Shown: piece after piece, positions 24,520 through 38,551 of the stretch | Numbering within the stretch: the first letter of the stretch is position 1 | How the letters are laid out: every line of letters begins with the position of its first letter | NCBI GenBank assembly: GCA_951406725.2 | Contig: OX597833.1 | Coordinates: forward strand, 19,096,001-19,160,000 | Reading direction: 5' to 3' | DNA from: Octopus vulgaris | Taxonomy: Eukaryota | DNA length: 64,000 bases | Position numbers and translations under genes: made by a program | Notes under the pieces: model-generated | Databases searched by the model: none | Told to the model about the DNA's origin: nothing | Seen by the model: the letters and a program-made list of their open reading frames with translations, nothing else

Positions 24520-24740
24520 CCCTTTCGTTACCAACCCGGCCAAAACCACCTCTGGCTCTGTAGTATAAATGTCTTGTTTTCATAAGTTTTGAATTAAAAT
24601 CTTTCACCAATCCTTAGTCACAATTTATGTTCCTAACACTAGCTTAATGATACTAAGTTATTTTACTAAATTCTTTGTTATATTTAAAATTAATTGAAAG
24701 AAACACAGAGCATCTCAACAGAAATATGGTAACAAAAGGG
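24520..24740. mobile_element. TTAA-flanked piggyBac-like MITE, family 1 (also 39308-39528, ~53235-53462)
   Basis: TTAA-CCCTTTCGTTACC...GGTAACAAAAGGG-TTAA. Confidence 0.8.
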
Positions 24741-24797
24741 TTAATAAGCACTTGATTGCAGTTAGGAACAGAGGAAGACAATGCTACATGCATATCA

Positions 24798-24911
<114 letters not shown>

Positions 24912-25042
24912 TCAGTAGTGGAAATTCCTCTTTGTTCTTAATCCAAAATTAGCACAAATTTAATTTCTCAAAACCATTCTTAAGTGTGAAGGAACAACTA
25001 AGATGCAGCAATTCAGCTTCCTCTTCAGGGAAATAAGTTTAA

Positions 25043-25262
25043 CCCTTTAGTGTTTAAACCGGCCATATCCGGTCAAAATATTCTACCTGTTTTATGTTCA
25101 AACTAGTCAGATATGGTCATTCATAGCTACCTTATTGTGTCATTTTAAAAATAAACAATCACATCATTGAAATCTCAACGCCATGAAATGATGCAAGATT
25201 AATTTTACATGGTGTGAATACATAAGCTTTACATTTTACAGAATAATCTGAATGCTAAAGGG
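25043..25262. mobile_element. TTAA-flanked piggyBac-like MITE, family 2 (also 37202-37378, 42439-42659, 59527-59742)
   Basis: TTAA-CCCTTTAG...CTAAAGGG-TTAA with a shared internal sequence. Confidence 0.8.
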
Positions 25263-25269
25263 TTAACTC

Positions 25270-27095
<1,826 letters not shown>

Positions 27096-27591
27096 TTATA
27101 ACTGCAAAGTTCTTAAATCAAAAGATCGCGAAAAGACGAGATGATGGCCCAAGTTGAGTGGCTCTGTGGTAAGTAGCTTGCTTACCAACCACATGGTTCC
27201 GGGTTCGGTCCCACTGCGTGGCACCTTGGGCAAGTGTCTTCTACTATAGCCTCGGTCTGACCAAAGCCTTGTGAGGGGATTAGACGGAAACTGAAAGAAG
27301 CCCGTCGTATATATGTATATGTACGTGTGTTTGTCTCTCCAACATCGCTTGACAACCGATGCTGGTGTGTTTACGTCCCCGTCACTTAGCGGTTCGGCAA
27401 CAGTGACCAATAGAATAAGTACTAGGCTTATAAAGAATAAGTCCTGGGGTCGATTTGCTTGACTAAAGGCGGTGCTCTAGCATGGCCGCAATCAAATGAC
27501 TGAAACACGTAAAAGACTATGTTTAACCATTTAGAGTCCTGCCTGTGGCTAACCAACAATATCAGTAATGAATGCGAACTGAGTTACTTAC

Positions 27592-27723
27592 TTTCTCATC
27601 AAACCGCTGCAATGCCTTATCTAGAAACAATTTATGTTTCTTGGAATAGACGTGTTTTTTACCTCCAGTATGACTTGCATGACATATAGAGCAAAACTGG
27701 AATTGCTGTGGGTCAGAAGACAT
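27592..27723 (-). CDS. CENATAC: CENATAC/CCDC84 coding exon 1 (N-terminal zinc finger 1)
   Basis: ATG at 27723 reads MSSDPQQFQFCSICHASHTGGKKHVYSKKHKLFLDKALQRFDEK, matching the recalled CCDC84 start (CxxC...HVYSxKH...L..AL). GTAAGT donor at 27591, phase 0. An upstream acceptor (ttttcatttag, AG at 27741-27740) implies a 5'UTR intron. Confidence 0.9.
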
Positions 27724-28199
27724 GATTAATTCTGTAATTCTAAATGAAAAGGTAAACAATGCAACACCGTGTTTACTAAAGGTTGAATTGCTTTACTTCT
27801 TCAGCACTGCTGTTTCGTATTTATCTCATTATACCTAGATAGAATAAAAGAGTGAAATATACCTAGATAGAATAAAAGAATTAATTATACCTAGATAGAG
27901 AGATTGGGAGATAGAAATGTCACAAAGAGGTTTTAAACACAAGAAGCAAATGAAGATAAGTAAATATTGCATGCGGCATTTATTAAAAGCACAATAACGT
28001 TCGGAGTTCCAGCAGGAACTGACTTCTCTTTTTATGTTTTCAACTATGAAACGGAAGAATCAATTATATATTAAATTAGATCTAATTGCAATATACAAAG
28101 ACTTGGTTATATTTGTTTCAAAATAATTTCTTATTTTATAATGTCAAGGAAAAGTAAATGACTGTAAAATTTCTGTTAGAAAAATTTATCAACACATCA

Positions 28200-28350
28200 G
28201 ATTTATCCACAGTTACTTTTATTCCGTCTACACCGGTTGCAAATTTATTGACCAATCAACATCAGTAGTTTATTTTAATCAACCAATGAAATACAAGCGT
28301 GGCAAGCTTAAATTATGTTCCTCATTCGTTTTCGTTAAAGTTTGAATTTT
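28200..28350. promoter_or_regulatory. Divergent CENATAC/CENP-E promoter with tandem CCAAT boxes and a CHR element
   Basis: CCAAT at 28252-28256 and 28283-28287; TTTGAA at 28341-28346; Myb-type CAGTTA at 28210-28215. Lies in a repeat-poor interval between the two oppositely oriented gene starts. Confidence 0.65.
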
Positions 28351-28448
28351 GTATTCACTGTTTGCGTTTTATCAGAAGCTGAACGATTTCTGTTCGATAT
28401 TATTATATCTTGGTTACATCGTGTATGTAAACACAATCTCAAATAAAC
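28350..28448 (+). other. CENPE: Probable non-coding first exon of CENP-E (start approximate)
   Basis: Strong GTAAGT donor at 28449 just downstream of the CHR. The first coding exon starts at an acceptor only 10 nt before its ATG, so an upstream exon is required. Confidence 0.55.
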
Positions 28449-28673
28449 GTAAGTACAATAAATGTTTGGACTTCTAATATTAACAGTAATTAAGGTGCTT
28501 GTTTATACTTGTTATTTGTCATAGTTTCACCCGACATCACTTTCAAGTCAGCTCTCCCACTTCTCAGGAAATGTCCGATTTCTTTTGAATAGCATCAAAA
28601 TCTAAATATTTTTTGTAATTCATCTAAAAAAAATAAAATTGGTGATCTTCGAACTTATATATATAATATATAT

Positions 28674-28709
<36 letters not shown>

Positions 28710-29197
28710 GTTCGAAGATCACCAATTTTAATGTATGCATGTATATATATGATGTTGGACAATATGCCCTTATTAAAAGTGAACAGAATATCCTTAATCT
28801 CTATATAATCAGCAGAATTGTAAAGTGCTTTTGATTTAGTTATTTTATATATACATAAGTATTTTCTAACTAGTAGACCAAAGTACGGATATAACGTAGG
28901 AAAATAACACTAATATTTTGACACGCACGTTTGTGTTTCAAATTGCATAAGTCATTACTGTTATAGCCGTTTACCAAGTTTTTCTATTATTATTATTATT
29001 ATTATTATTATATAGTATAGCGAATATTTTCTGGTTGGTTTGTTTACTGTTAATGGGATCTTTTCCTTTTGAACGGCAGTTTTCAACACAATTTCTAGTT
29101 AACTAAACACTTAAACTTCGTAAACTGGTAGAATGTGTCAAAATAAAACATTTTTTTCGGTAAAATTACAGATTAACACCCGCACGATTTTCACTAA

Positions 29198-29390
29198 GAA
29201 AAAAAAAAAATCGGATTTTTTGCGTGGAATCAAGTACCCTGACCTCGTAATATGCTGTAAATCCCATATTTGGGTTCGGAAGGGTGGGGCTAACCCCCCC
29301 CCCCCCTCCGAACCAAAATATGGGATTTGCAACATATTAAGGAGGTCAGGGTACTTGATTCCACGCAAAAAATCCGAGCTTTTTTTTTTC
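29198..29390. mobile_element. Fully palindromic foldback MITE with TAA flanks (PIF/Harbinger-like)
   Basis: ~95-bp arms meeting at a ~4-nt loop near 29290; TAA at 29195-29197 and 29391-29393. Confidence 0.75.
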
Positions 29391-30714
29391 TAACATAAAT
29401 AGTTGCAGTCAGGAATTATGGAATTATATTTTGTATGGTGCATTTTCAGATTAGATACAGTTTTGCTAACACCATTATTATTCTTGTATAAGTCAACTGA
29501 ATGACTCGCATGACTATGTTTCTGCGGGTGAAAACGAAAGATGGCCCACATTTCTTTAACCGATCCTTCATGTTGACATGACACATTATAAGATAGTAAT
29601 GTGCGAGATGTTCTTCAAAGATGTTGCATTAGTATGTTCTCTTAGAGTTTGTTGGGAGTTTTAAGTCTTGGAATTTTGCCTTTAGTTCACATCTACAATA
29701 TTTACAAGAAGCTTTAGTTTCAACTCCTTAAATTCCCACGATCCACATTTTAGCAATTCTTCACTTAATTACACTTGTTGTCTTAGAATGTTAAACTGTT
29801 ATGATATTATTTGAATAGTGTGTTATTGTTTAATGCATTATATCTTATTTACATAAATGACATGTAATAACTCATAAAAATATCTTGTGTTAAACAATCA
29901 TCATCATCGTTTAACGTCTGTTCTCCATGCTAGCATGGGTCGGACAGTATGACCGGGGATCTGGGAAGCCAGAAGGCTGCACCAGGCTCCAGTCTGATCT
30001 GGCAGTGTTTCTACAGCTGGATGCCTTTCCTAACTCCAACCACTCCGAGAGTGTAGTGGGTGCTTTTTACGTGCCACCGGCACAGGTGCCAGGCGAGGCT
30101 GGCAACGGCCACGATCGGGTTGGTGCTTTTTACGTGCCATCGGCACGGAAGCCAGTCAAGGCGCCACTGGCATCGGCCACGTTCGGATGGTGCTTTTTAC
30201 GTGCCATTGGCACAATATGATCACAAACGGGGCTCCTCAAATGGATCTATGGAGTTATGTTACTTGACAGGGTGTATAACCTCGGTGATCAGGAAGGTCA
30301 CAGCATTTGTACCATGGACATGTGATTAGAATGGCACAAGAGAGAATTGCAAGATTGATTATTCAAGCTGAGCCAACCGGCAGGAGACCGAGGGGTAACC
30401 TAAGAATTAAATAGTTAGATGATATCTATACTTTCAGTTGGTCACACTTGGTAATCCAGCTGGAAAGTGTAATGACAATTGCTTTTGATAGGACCCTATG
30501 AAAAAGATGCCTTAGGATTATACCCCAACAACCCTCCCGGGAATAGAAGGCAGAGAAAATGGCTGGATCCTTCCAAGGGCCAATAAACTAAGTGCTAGTG
30601 AAGTAACTTAAAAAATTCTGCTCACACACAAATGTTGACCTAGTGCCAATGCTTGTAATGATAATCTCTTTTGGCCTTTAACTCTTTAGCATTCAGATTA
30701 TCTTATCTATTAAC

Positions 30715-31215
30715 ATCATCATCATTTTGTGTCTGTTTTCTATGCTGGCATGGGTTAGATGGTTTAACCGAAACAGCTAAGCTGGAGAGCTGTACTAGGC
30801 TCCAGTCTGATTTTGGCTTGGTTTCTACAGCTGGATGCCCTTCCTAATATCAACCATTCCAATTGTGTAGTCAGTGTCTTTTACATGTCACTGGCATAAG
30901 TGCCTTTTATGTGTCCCCGGCACAGTCCATGACTACGATTTCACTTGGCTTGACAAGTCTTCTGAGTACAGCAATTTGCCAAAGATCTCAATCATTTGTC
31001 ATCACTCTGTGAGACTCAGCATCCAAAGATCATGTCTTTCCCTAGGTTCCCTCCACAGTTAGAGATCTGCACTTCCTCACGCAACTGTCCTAGAATTAAC
31101 CATGCATTACCTTGTAGCTTCGACATTTTGATGATGTCATTGTATATTTTTAGAATGACATTGTAGGACAGGTATGAGAAGCTAGATCTGACCAGTTTGA
31201 ACATAAAACAGATAG
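30715..31215 (-). mobile_element. RTE-clade LINE ORF end plus 3'UTR and (GAT)n tail (also ~56165-56460)
   Basis: The decayed ORF C-terminus (clearest at 56.3-56.45 kb: GTCRRGKSRKMWDEVV..D...AMTSDRDFWR) runs straight into the aagggcatccagctgtagaaac repeat body. Confidence 0.7.
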
Positions 31216-31584
31216 GATATTTGGGCTTGATGTGGTTGGTATAGATGCTAAAGGGTTGATGTACAGTAATCCCTCACCATATCGCGGTTCACCTATTGTG
31301 CACTCAGTACATTGCAGATTTTTCTGGCGAATATATGTAAATTTATATCATGGACTCCTCAGTAAATCTGGGTTTTTGTGGCTGATAGGTATTTATACTT
31401 TTTTAGATTTTAATTATTTCTGTGGGAGGTTTTGGAATGTAACACCCGCAATAGTCGAGGGATTATTGTATAAAACATTTTGCTTTCCATTTGATTTGTT
31501 CCACCCATGCCAGCATGGAAGGTAAACATTAAACAAATATGATGATGATGATGATATTGTTTTATCTTTTGCAGATTGAATAAA

Positions 31585-31634
31585 ATGTCAGACAAGATTC
31601 AAGTCGTTATTCGACTACGGCCACTTAATGAACG
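31585..31634 (+). CDS. CENPE: Kinesin-7 CENP-E coding exon 1
   Basis: ttttgcag acceptor ending 31574; MSDKIQVVIRLRPLNE(R) is kinesin beta1 (RxRP); gtaagc donor, phase 2. Confidence 0.92.
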
Positions 31635-32999
31635 GTAAGCTTCTATTTCTTTTTCATTCCTTACAGGATGACCATTACTGCTATTTAGGCAGTCTGTAAA
31701 TCTCGTATATATCATCGGTACTGTCTTAGTTGTTGGAATTGAGTCTCACTTGAGAGATATCTTAGAAAAAATCTTGGAGAATGGTTCCTTTGTTGTCCCA
31801 ACAGACTTTGTGCTGATCATAGGCTCTTTACCCTTTTGTTACCATATTTCTTATTTCTTTACAGCCCACAGGGGGCTACACACAGAAGGGATAAAAAAGG
31901 ACGGACAAATAGATGAAGTCGATTATATCGATCTCAGTGCGTTACTGGTACTTATTTAATCGACCCCGAAAGGATGAAAGGCTAAGTTGACCTCGGTGGA
32001 ATTTGAACTCAGAATGTAGCGGCAGACGAAATACCTATTTCTTTACTACCCACAAGGGGCTAAACACAGAGAGGACAAACAAGGAAAGACAAACGGATTA
32101 AGTCGATTATATCGACCCCAGTGCGTAACTGGTACTTATTTAATTGACCTCGAAAAGATGAAAGGCAAAGTTGACCTCTGCAGAATTCGAACTCAGAACG
32201 TAGCGGCAGACGAAATACCGCTAAGCATTTTGCCCGGCATTCTAACGTTTCTGCCAGCTCGCTGCCTTATTCCAAATTTCTGTTAACAAATGCTATCTTT
32301 GTTTGAATTAATTTTTTAAATAATGAAGAATTTTGTAAAATAACTTTCTAATAATTAAGCTGGGGTCTGGAATAATTTAACAAACTAATTTAATTGATGG
32401 AAGATTATAATTTAGAACAGAAAGTTTTTGTTATAGAAGCTGGAGTAATCTCGGGTAGGTTGGTATCAAAAAGGTCAAACTTCTGAAGTTTTGAAGAAAA
32501 GTTGCAAGTCCATTCCATGTACTGAACTTTTGATATCTGAATCATAAGGATAAGCCCACATTTCATCTCTTAAGGATCTACAGGTTTCAAAGAGAGGATG
32601 ACAGGACCAAAACTCTTGGTGGTTTGCTGTGCTTGAAAAGACACATTAAATTAAGAAAAAAACGTGGTTGTCCTTGCATACATGTTCATCCCCTGCAACC
32701 CTCTCCAACTGAGCATCCCTAGTCTTGCAGGCCCTTAGGTGCTGGTGTCACATAAAAAGCACCCATGCCGGTGCTGCATAAAAGCACCCAATACACTCTG
32801 TAAAGGGGTTGGCATTAGGAAGGGCATTCAGCCATAGAAACCATGCCAAAACAGACATGGAACCTGAACAGCCCTTCAGCTAGTTAGCTCCTGTCAAATC
32901 GTCCAACCCATGTCAACATGGAAAATGGACGCTAAGTGATGATGATGATGATAAAATCAGATAAAAAATGGTGTTCGTTCTTTCTTCCAAATTGGGTGT

Positions 33000-33470
33000 C
33001 AGTAGCTAAGGTACCCATTTTGTATACATTTTCCGATACTTAATCTTCTTTAATGCATTGTGACCACCATGCTTTTGTGCAGCAAGGTCATAGATCATAA
33101 ATCAATTCATTCCCAACTACTGGTGATCTGCATCAGTAGTCATAGTGAATGTTCTTCCAGGGTGTGGCTTGTTTCCAATGCCAATTTCCCCTTCTTTAAA
33201 TTCTTTCATCCATCTATGCAGATTGTTCTTGTTAGTGGTGTTATTTCTATTAACAAGCTGCAACCTTTTGTGGATATTGGACAATCTGCACCTTGCTTTT
33301 ATCAAGAAGTTGATGGATTCTATGCAGAAGCAAAATGCTGCCACTATCTGCCTGCAGAGAAAACTGTAAAGGAGAATTATTCAGGAATAGTTACTCTCCC
33401 ACTATGTGCAATTTGAATGTTCTGTGTCAGTTAGTAAAAATGTTACGCCCACTTTTGAATTACTTTCTCT
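33000..33470 (-). pseudogene. Mariner transposase N-terminal remnant
   Basis: IHKRLQ...RWMKEFKEG...NKPHPGR resembles the mariner HTH motif W...F..G.....D.PR.GRP. Confidence 0.7.
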
Positions 33471-33743
33471 CCAATTGTCATATATAATAGAAAGATATAT
33501 TCAAGATTTTTGCCTTCACAGTTGTTTCTGAGGCACTATTTCCTTTGATGTATCTTCTTGAAGTATAATAGATTACATGGAGTTCTTATTAAATCATTAT
33601 ATATCATATTATTTGCAATTTATACCAAATTCTTTCTATATATAAATATATACACGGATCACATGCCACCTGGAACCATGTGGTTGGTAAACAAGCTACT
33701 TACCACACAGCCAATTTTATATGTACATATTTTTCTCTTGTAG

Positions 33744-33838
33744 TGAGAAGCACAATGGCAGTGACTTGGCTTGGCAAACCAGAGAGAAGAGAATTATCTC
33801 AGCTACAGAAGGAACCAATAATCAGTCATATATGTTTG
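33744..33838 (+). CDS. CENPE: CENP-E coding exon 2
   Basis: ttgtag / gtaagt; EKHNGSDLAWQTREKRIISATEGTNNQSYMF(D); phase 2 to 1. Confidence 0.88.
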
Positions 33839-34329
33839 GTAAGTGCTTAAATTTTACTTGTTAAAGGAAGGTGTCAACAGAAATGCTGGCAAACTGAGAG
33901 AGGATGAAAACGTGTTATCTTTTCCTCATCTTCAAACAATTTATGCCACTTTGTGTAAAATATCCTATAATAAAATCCATCCAACCCATGCCAGCATGAA
34001 AAAATGGGCGTTAACCCTCTAGCGTTTAAGCTGGTTGTATCTGCTCCAAATATTCTACTTGTTTTTATGCTCAAACCAACTTGATTTGGCCTCTCGCATC
34101 TACCCTACAATGTTATCATTCTAAAAATAACCAGTCACATTGTTGAAATATCAAAGCTATGAGATATTGCAATGATTAATTCAAGCCAATATGAATGAAT
34201 AAAGGAAACAAACATATGCTCACTCACACGCATATACAAATACATGTGTGTGTGTGTGTGTGTGTGTGTAATGTGTATATAAAAAGGATCTCAGAATGTA
34301 CTTAATCCTTCAAACACACCATCATAAAA

Positions 34330-34727
34330 AGCAAGAGACAACCCAAATCTATGGAAAGTCTCCTAACACAAGCCCGAATACACTCAACAACAACATAGAA
34401 GCCGTCAGTGAAAAAAATATGGAAGACCTAACTGTGGGATATGCGTCAATTTAATCGAGGGATCAGAGTTCTCCTTCAAACAGGCACAACGTTTCACAGT
34501 GAAAAGCAGCTTCACATGTGCTTTGGAAAACCTGATATATGCACTAACCTGCTCTGGGTGTCAAGAGCAATACATAGGCCAAACAAAAAACAGTCTACAT
34601 CAAAGGATGGCTCAGCACAGATCCCAGATCAAAATTCCCAAAAACAGAAAAATAGCATTCAGCCAATACATCAACATTTGCGCCAATAACAAAATTCCAA
34701 GCTTCAGAATTTTTCCCCTTTACCAAT
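34330..34727 (+). pseudogene. Penelope-like retroelement fragment (Cys-rich linker plus GIY-YIG endonuclease)
   Basis: GRPNCGICVNL...FTCALENLIYALTCSGCQEQYIGQTKNSLHQRMAQHRSQI. Confidence 0.85.
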
Positions 34728-35361
34728 TAATGACCCCAAAAAGACGAAAGGCAAAGTTGACCATGGTGGAATTTGAACTCAGAACATTAAGATAGATCTG
34801 TAGCATACCTGCCATGACTGCTTGGATTATCTCAGGGCTAAACGTAAAAGGCCCAGAAGGGACAAAGCAGGCAGCCATAATGCATGTGCAAAACACAACA
34901 GCCCTTAACAGAAGTTATGAAAGGCATATAAGGAGCCCAACTAAAAGGACGCTTCCTCTTTCCCTTTTGGGCAGTCAGCTTGCCAACTGCCCACAGCTAG
35001 GACTGCCAGCTCTCTTTCTTTGCTTCAGTGCCCTACACGTGGTGTTGCGATACCTCTCTCTCACTAGGTACTTCCTGATGATATATTTGCTTGCTCTGTT
35101 TATATTTAAATGGTGCATGCAAGAATGCCACAACATCCTGCAATGCATCTCCAAAAGGATAAAAATTGTTATATTTAGTAAGTGTTTATTTTTCATTTAC
35201 ACGCAGTCCACACCTAATCAGCACTTCACCGACCTAACAATGGTAACACACATATACCCACTATAGATCAAATGTCTCTAGCTATTTCTATCCAGCATAC
35301 TAACAATTCTGCCAGCTGATTACAGAAATACTAATGGTGAAACATTGTTTTGTTTTTGTAG

Positions 35362-35451
35362 ATCGTGTTTATGATTGTAATGACATCACTGCAGACATTT
35401 ATCATGAAACTGTGGAACCAATTATTTGTGCCACTATGGAGGGTTTCAATG
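35362..35451 (+). CDS. CENPE: CENP-E coding exon 3
   Basis: DRVYDCNDITADIYHETVEPIICATMEGFN(G); canonical AG/GT; phase 1 to 1. Confidence 0.93.
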
Positions 35452-35702
35452 GTAGGCAATTTTCTCATTTAAGATTTTTTTGTTTTCTTTCACTCCTCTC
35501 TTTTACTCTCTTTCAGTCATTTGAATGCTGCCGTGCTGGAGCACCGCCTTTAGTCAAGCAAATCGACCCCAGGACTTTTTCTTTGTAAACCTAGTACTTA
35601 TATCGGTCTCTTTTGCCAAACCGCTAAGTTACGGGGGTGTAAACACACCAGCATCGGTTGTCAAGCGATGTTGAGGGGACAAGCACAGACATACAAACAT
35701 AT

Positions 35703-35785
<83 letters not shown>

Positions 35786-37501
35786 TATATATATGTGTGT
35801 GTATATGTTTGTATGTATATATATATATATATGTATGTATATATACACACACACATATATACAACAGGCTTCTTTCACTTTCTGTCTACCAAATCCACTC
35901 ACAAAGCTTTGGTCAGCCTGAGGCTATAGTAGAAGACACTTACCCAAGGTGCCCCACAGTAGGAATGAACCCGGAACCATGTGGTTGAGAGGGTGCCACA
36001 TCTTCAGTCTTGGTCTTGCAGTATGGGAATAGCTGTGGTTGTGCACTTAAGAAGTTTGCTTTGTAATCATATGTGAAGGTATGGCTCAGTGGTTAGAGCA
36101 TCGGGCTCACAATCATGAGGTAGCGATTTCAATTCCCAGACCAGGCTGTGTGTTGTGTTATTGATTAAGACACTTTATCTCATGTTGCTCCAGTTCAGCT
36201 GTAGAAATGAACTGCACCGGCACTAGTGCCAAGCTGTATCGGACTTTGCCTTTCCCTTGGATAACATCAGTGGCATGGAGAGGGCAGGCTGATCTCTAAA
36301 CAACCTTCATCATCATCATCGTTTAATGTCCGTTTTCCGCGCTAGCATGGGTTGGACGGTTCGACCGGGGTCTGAGAAGCCAGGGGCTGCTCCAGGCTCC
36401 AGTCTGATCTGGCAGAGTTTCTACGGCTGGATGCCCTTCCTAACGCCAACCACTCCACGAGTGTAGTGGGTGCTTTTTGAGGGTAACCTTCTAGGTGCAA
36501 TCTGATGGTCATTCATGACTGAAGGAAGGGGGTGTGCTCTTCCATCACTTCCTCACCTTTGCAATCACGATTTTCTCTTTGGTCTCTCAGTTGCATAGCA
36601 ACTGGGTGAGTGCCTTCTACTCTAGCCATAGGTTTTGACTCAAACCCTGTGTATGAAACTATATAAAGCATAAGTCTACATTTTTATGAGAATTCATTCT
36701 CTGCAATGTAGGAAATAGTGAACGTAACATTCTATTTTACTCTGTTACTTGTTTTAGTCATTTGACTGTAGCCATGCTGGAGCACCGCCTTTAGTCAAGC
36801 AAATCGACCCCAGGACTTATTCTTTGTAAGCCTAGTACTTCTTATTCTATCGGTCTCTTTTGCCGAACCGCCAAGTTACGGGGATGTAAACAGCAGCATC
36901 GGTTGTCAAGCGATGGTAGGGGGACAAACACAGAAACATATACATATATATATACATATAAACGATGGGCTTCTTTCAGTTTCCGTCTACCAAATCCACT
37001 CACAAGGCTTTGGTCGGCCCAGGGCTATAGTAGAAGACATTAGCCCAGGGTGCCACGCAGTGGGACTGAACCCTGGACCATGTGGTTGGTAAGCAAGCTA
37101 CTTACAACACAGCCACTCCTATGCCATTCATTAATGTTGCAAATAGCCACCTGTCTGAATAAAGACCTGGTATGTGGTTTGTTGTATTGCATTATAATCA
37201 ACCCTTCAGCATTTAAACTGGCCCAAATTTTATACCTATTCTATGTTCAAGCTGGCCAGATTCAGCCTCTCATACCTACCTTTCATGTCATCGGAATCTT
37301 TGAAGCTACAAGATAATGTAGATTACAGTGTAAATAAATAAGCATTACATTTGAGAGAGTAATTTGAATGTTAAAGGGTTAAACTATAGAGCCATTGTTT
37401 AAATCAATTCAATGTAAACATCTCTCTTCCTCTCATCGTAGCTATCCTCTTCCCTCTCTCTGCCCATACACAAATAATGTTTACTTTTTAATCATTTTTA
37501 G

Positions 37502-37620
37502 GAACCATTTTTGCTTATGGCCAGACTTCTTCAGGGAAAACCTACACAATGTCTGGGTCAAAAGAAGAGAAAGGAATAATTCCAATGGCAATGAAGTCCA
37601 TGTTTGATGCCATCGATAAT
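37502..37620 (+). CDS. CENPE: CENP-E coding exon 4 (P-loop)
   Basis: [40 protein letters not shown], the kinesin Walker A; gtaagt donor. Confidence 0.96.
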
Positions 37621-37733
37621 GTAAGTAAACTTGAGACATTTCTTTGGTAAGAAAAAAAACAGCAATGAAGAAATGATATTGTTAGCCATAGCATTTTATT
37701 CCTTTTATTATGTTTATATTATAGTTTTATATA

Positions 37734-38145
37734 GGCGCAGGAGTGGCTGTGTGGTAAGTAGCTTGCTTACCAACCACATGGTTCCGGGTTCAGTCCCTCT
37801 GCGTGGCATCTTGAACAAGTGTCTTCTACTATAGCCCCGGGCCGACCAATGCCTTGTGAGTGGATTTGGTAGACGGAAACTGAAAGAAGCCTGTCGTATA
37901 TATGTATATATATATATATATATGTGTGTGTTTGCGTGTCTGTGTTTGTCCCCCTAGCATTGCTTGACAACCGATGCTGGTGTGTTTACGTCCCTGTCAC
38001 TTAGCGGTTCGGCAAAAGAGACCAATAGAATAAGTACTGGGCTTACAAAGAATAAGTCCCGGGGTCAATTTGCTTGACTAAAGGTGGTGCTCCAGCATGG
38101 CCGCAGTCAAATGACTGAAACAAGTAAAAGAGTAAAAAGAGAGTA
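37734..38145 (+). mobile_element. tRNA-derived SINE family 1 with internal (TA/TG)n (representative copy)
   Basis: Head ggcgcaggagtggctgtgtggtaag...ggttcagtcc (Pol III A/B-box-like); tail gactgaaacaagtaaaagagta. Plus copies: ~1630-2039, 14967-15349, 27155-27516, 57824-58212, 61595-61905, 62618-62994. Confidence 0.9.
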
Positions 38146-38165
38146 TGCATTAAATATTACAATTA

Positions 38166-38551
38166 TTAGCAGTATCGCCCGGCATTGCTTGGGTTTGTTT
38201 CGACCCTTTAGAATTGGAATTTTTGAGAAGTAAAAATGTTGCATTATGTAGCTTGTTATTCTCTTTAAGTGAACATTTTTCTGGTTGAAATACACCGAAA
38301 AATGGCAACACAATTGTCAAAAATCGTAAAAAATAGGGATTTTCATAGAAAAAGAGCAGCTTTTTGATGTAAATAATTTTTGGTGTTAACATGGTCCGAT
38401 TTGAATTTTATCTCATACGGAATGAAGAGCAAACCTTCTATCATACTCTCAATTTTGGTCATCTTGCACCGTGGGGTCTCGGAGGAGATATTGTTAGTTG
38501 AAGGCTACCAAACCTGCCACACACAGACAACTTCAGCTTTATATATATAGA
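38166..38551 (-). mobile_element. Non-autonomous Helitron, family B
   Basis: Colinear with 16942-17325. Confidence 0.8.
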
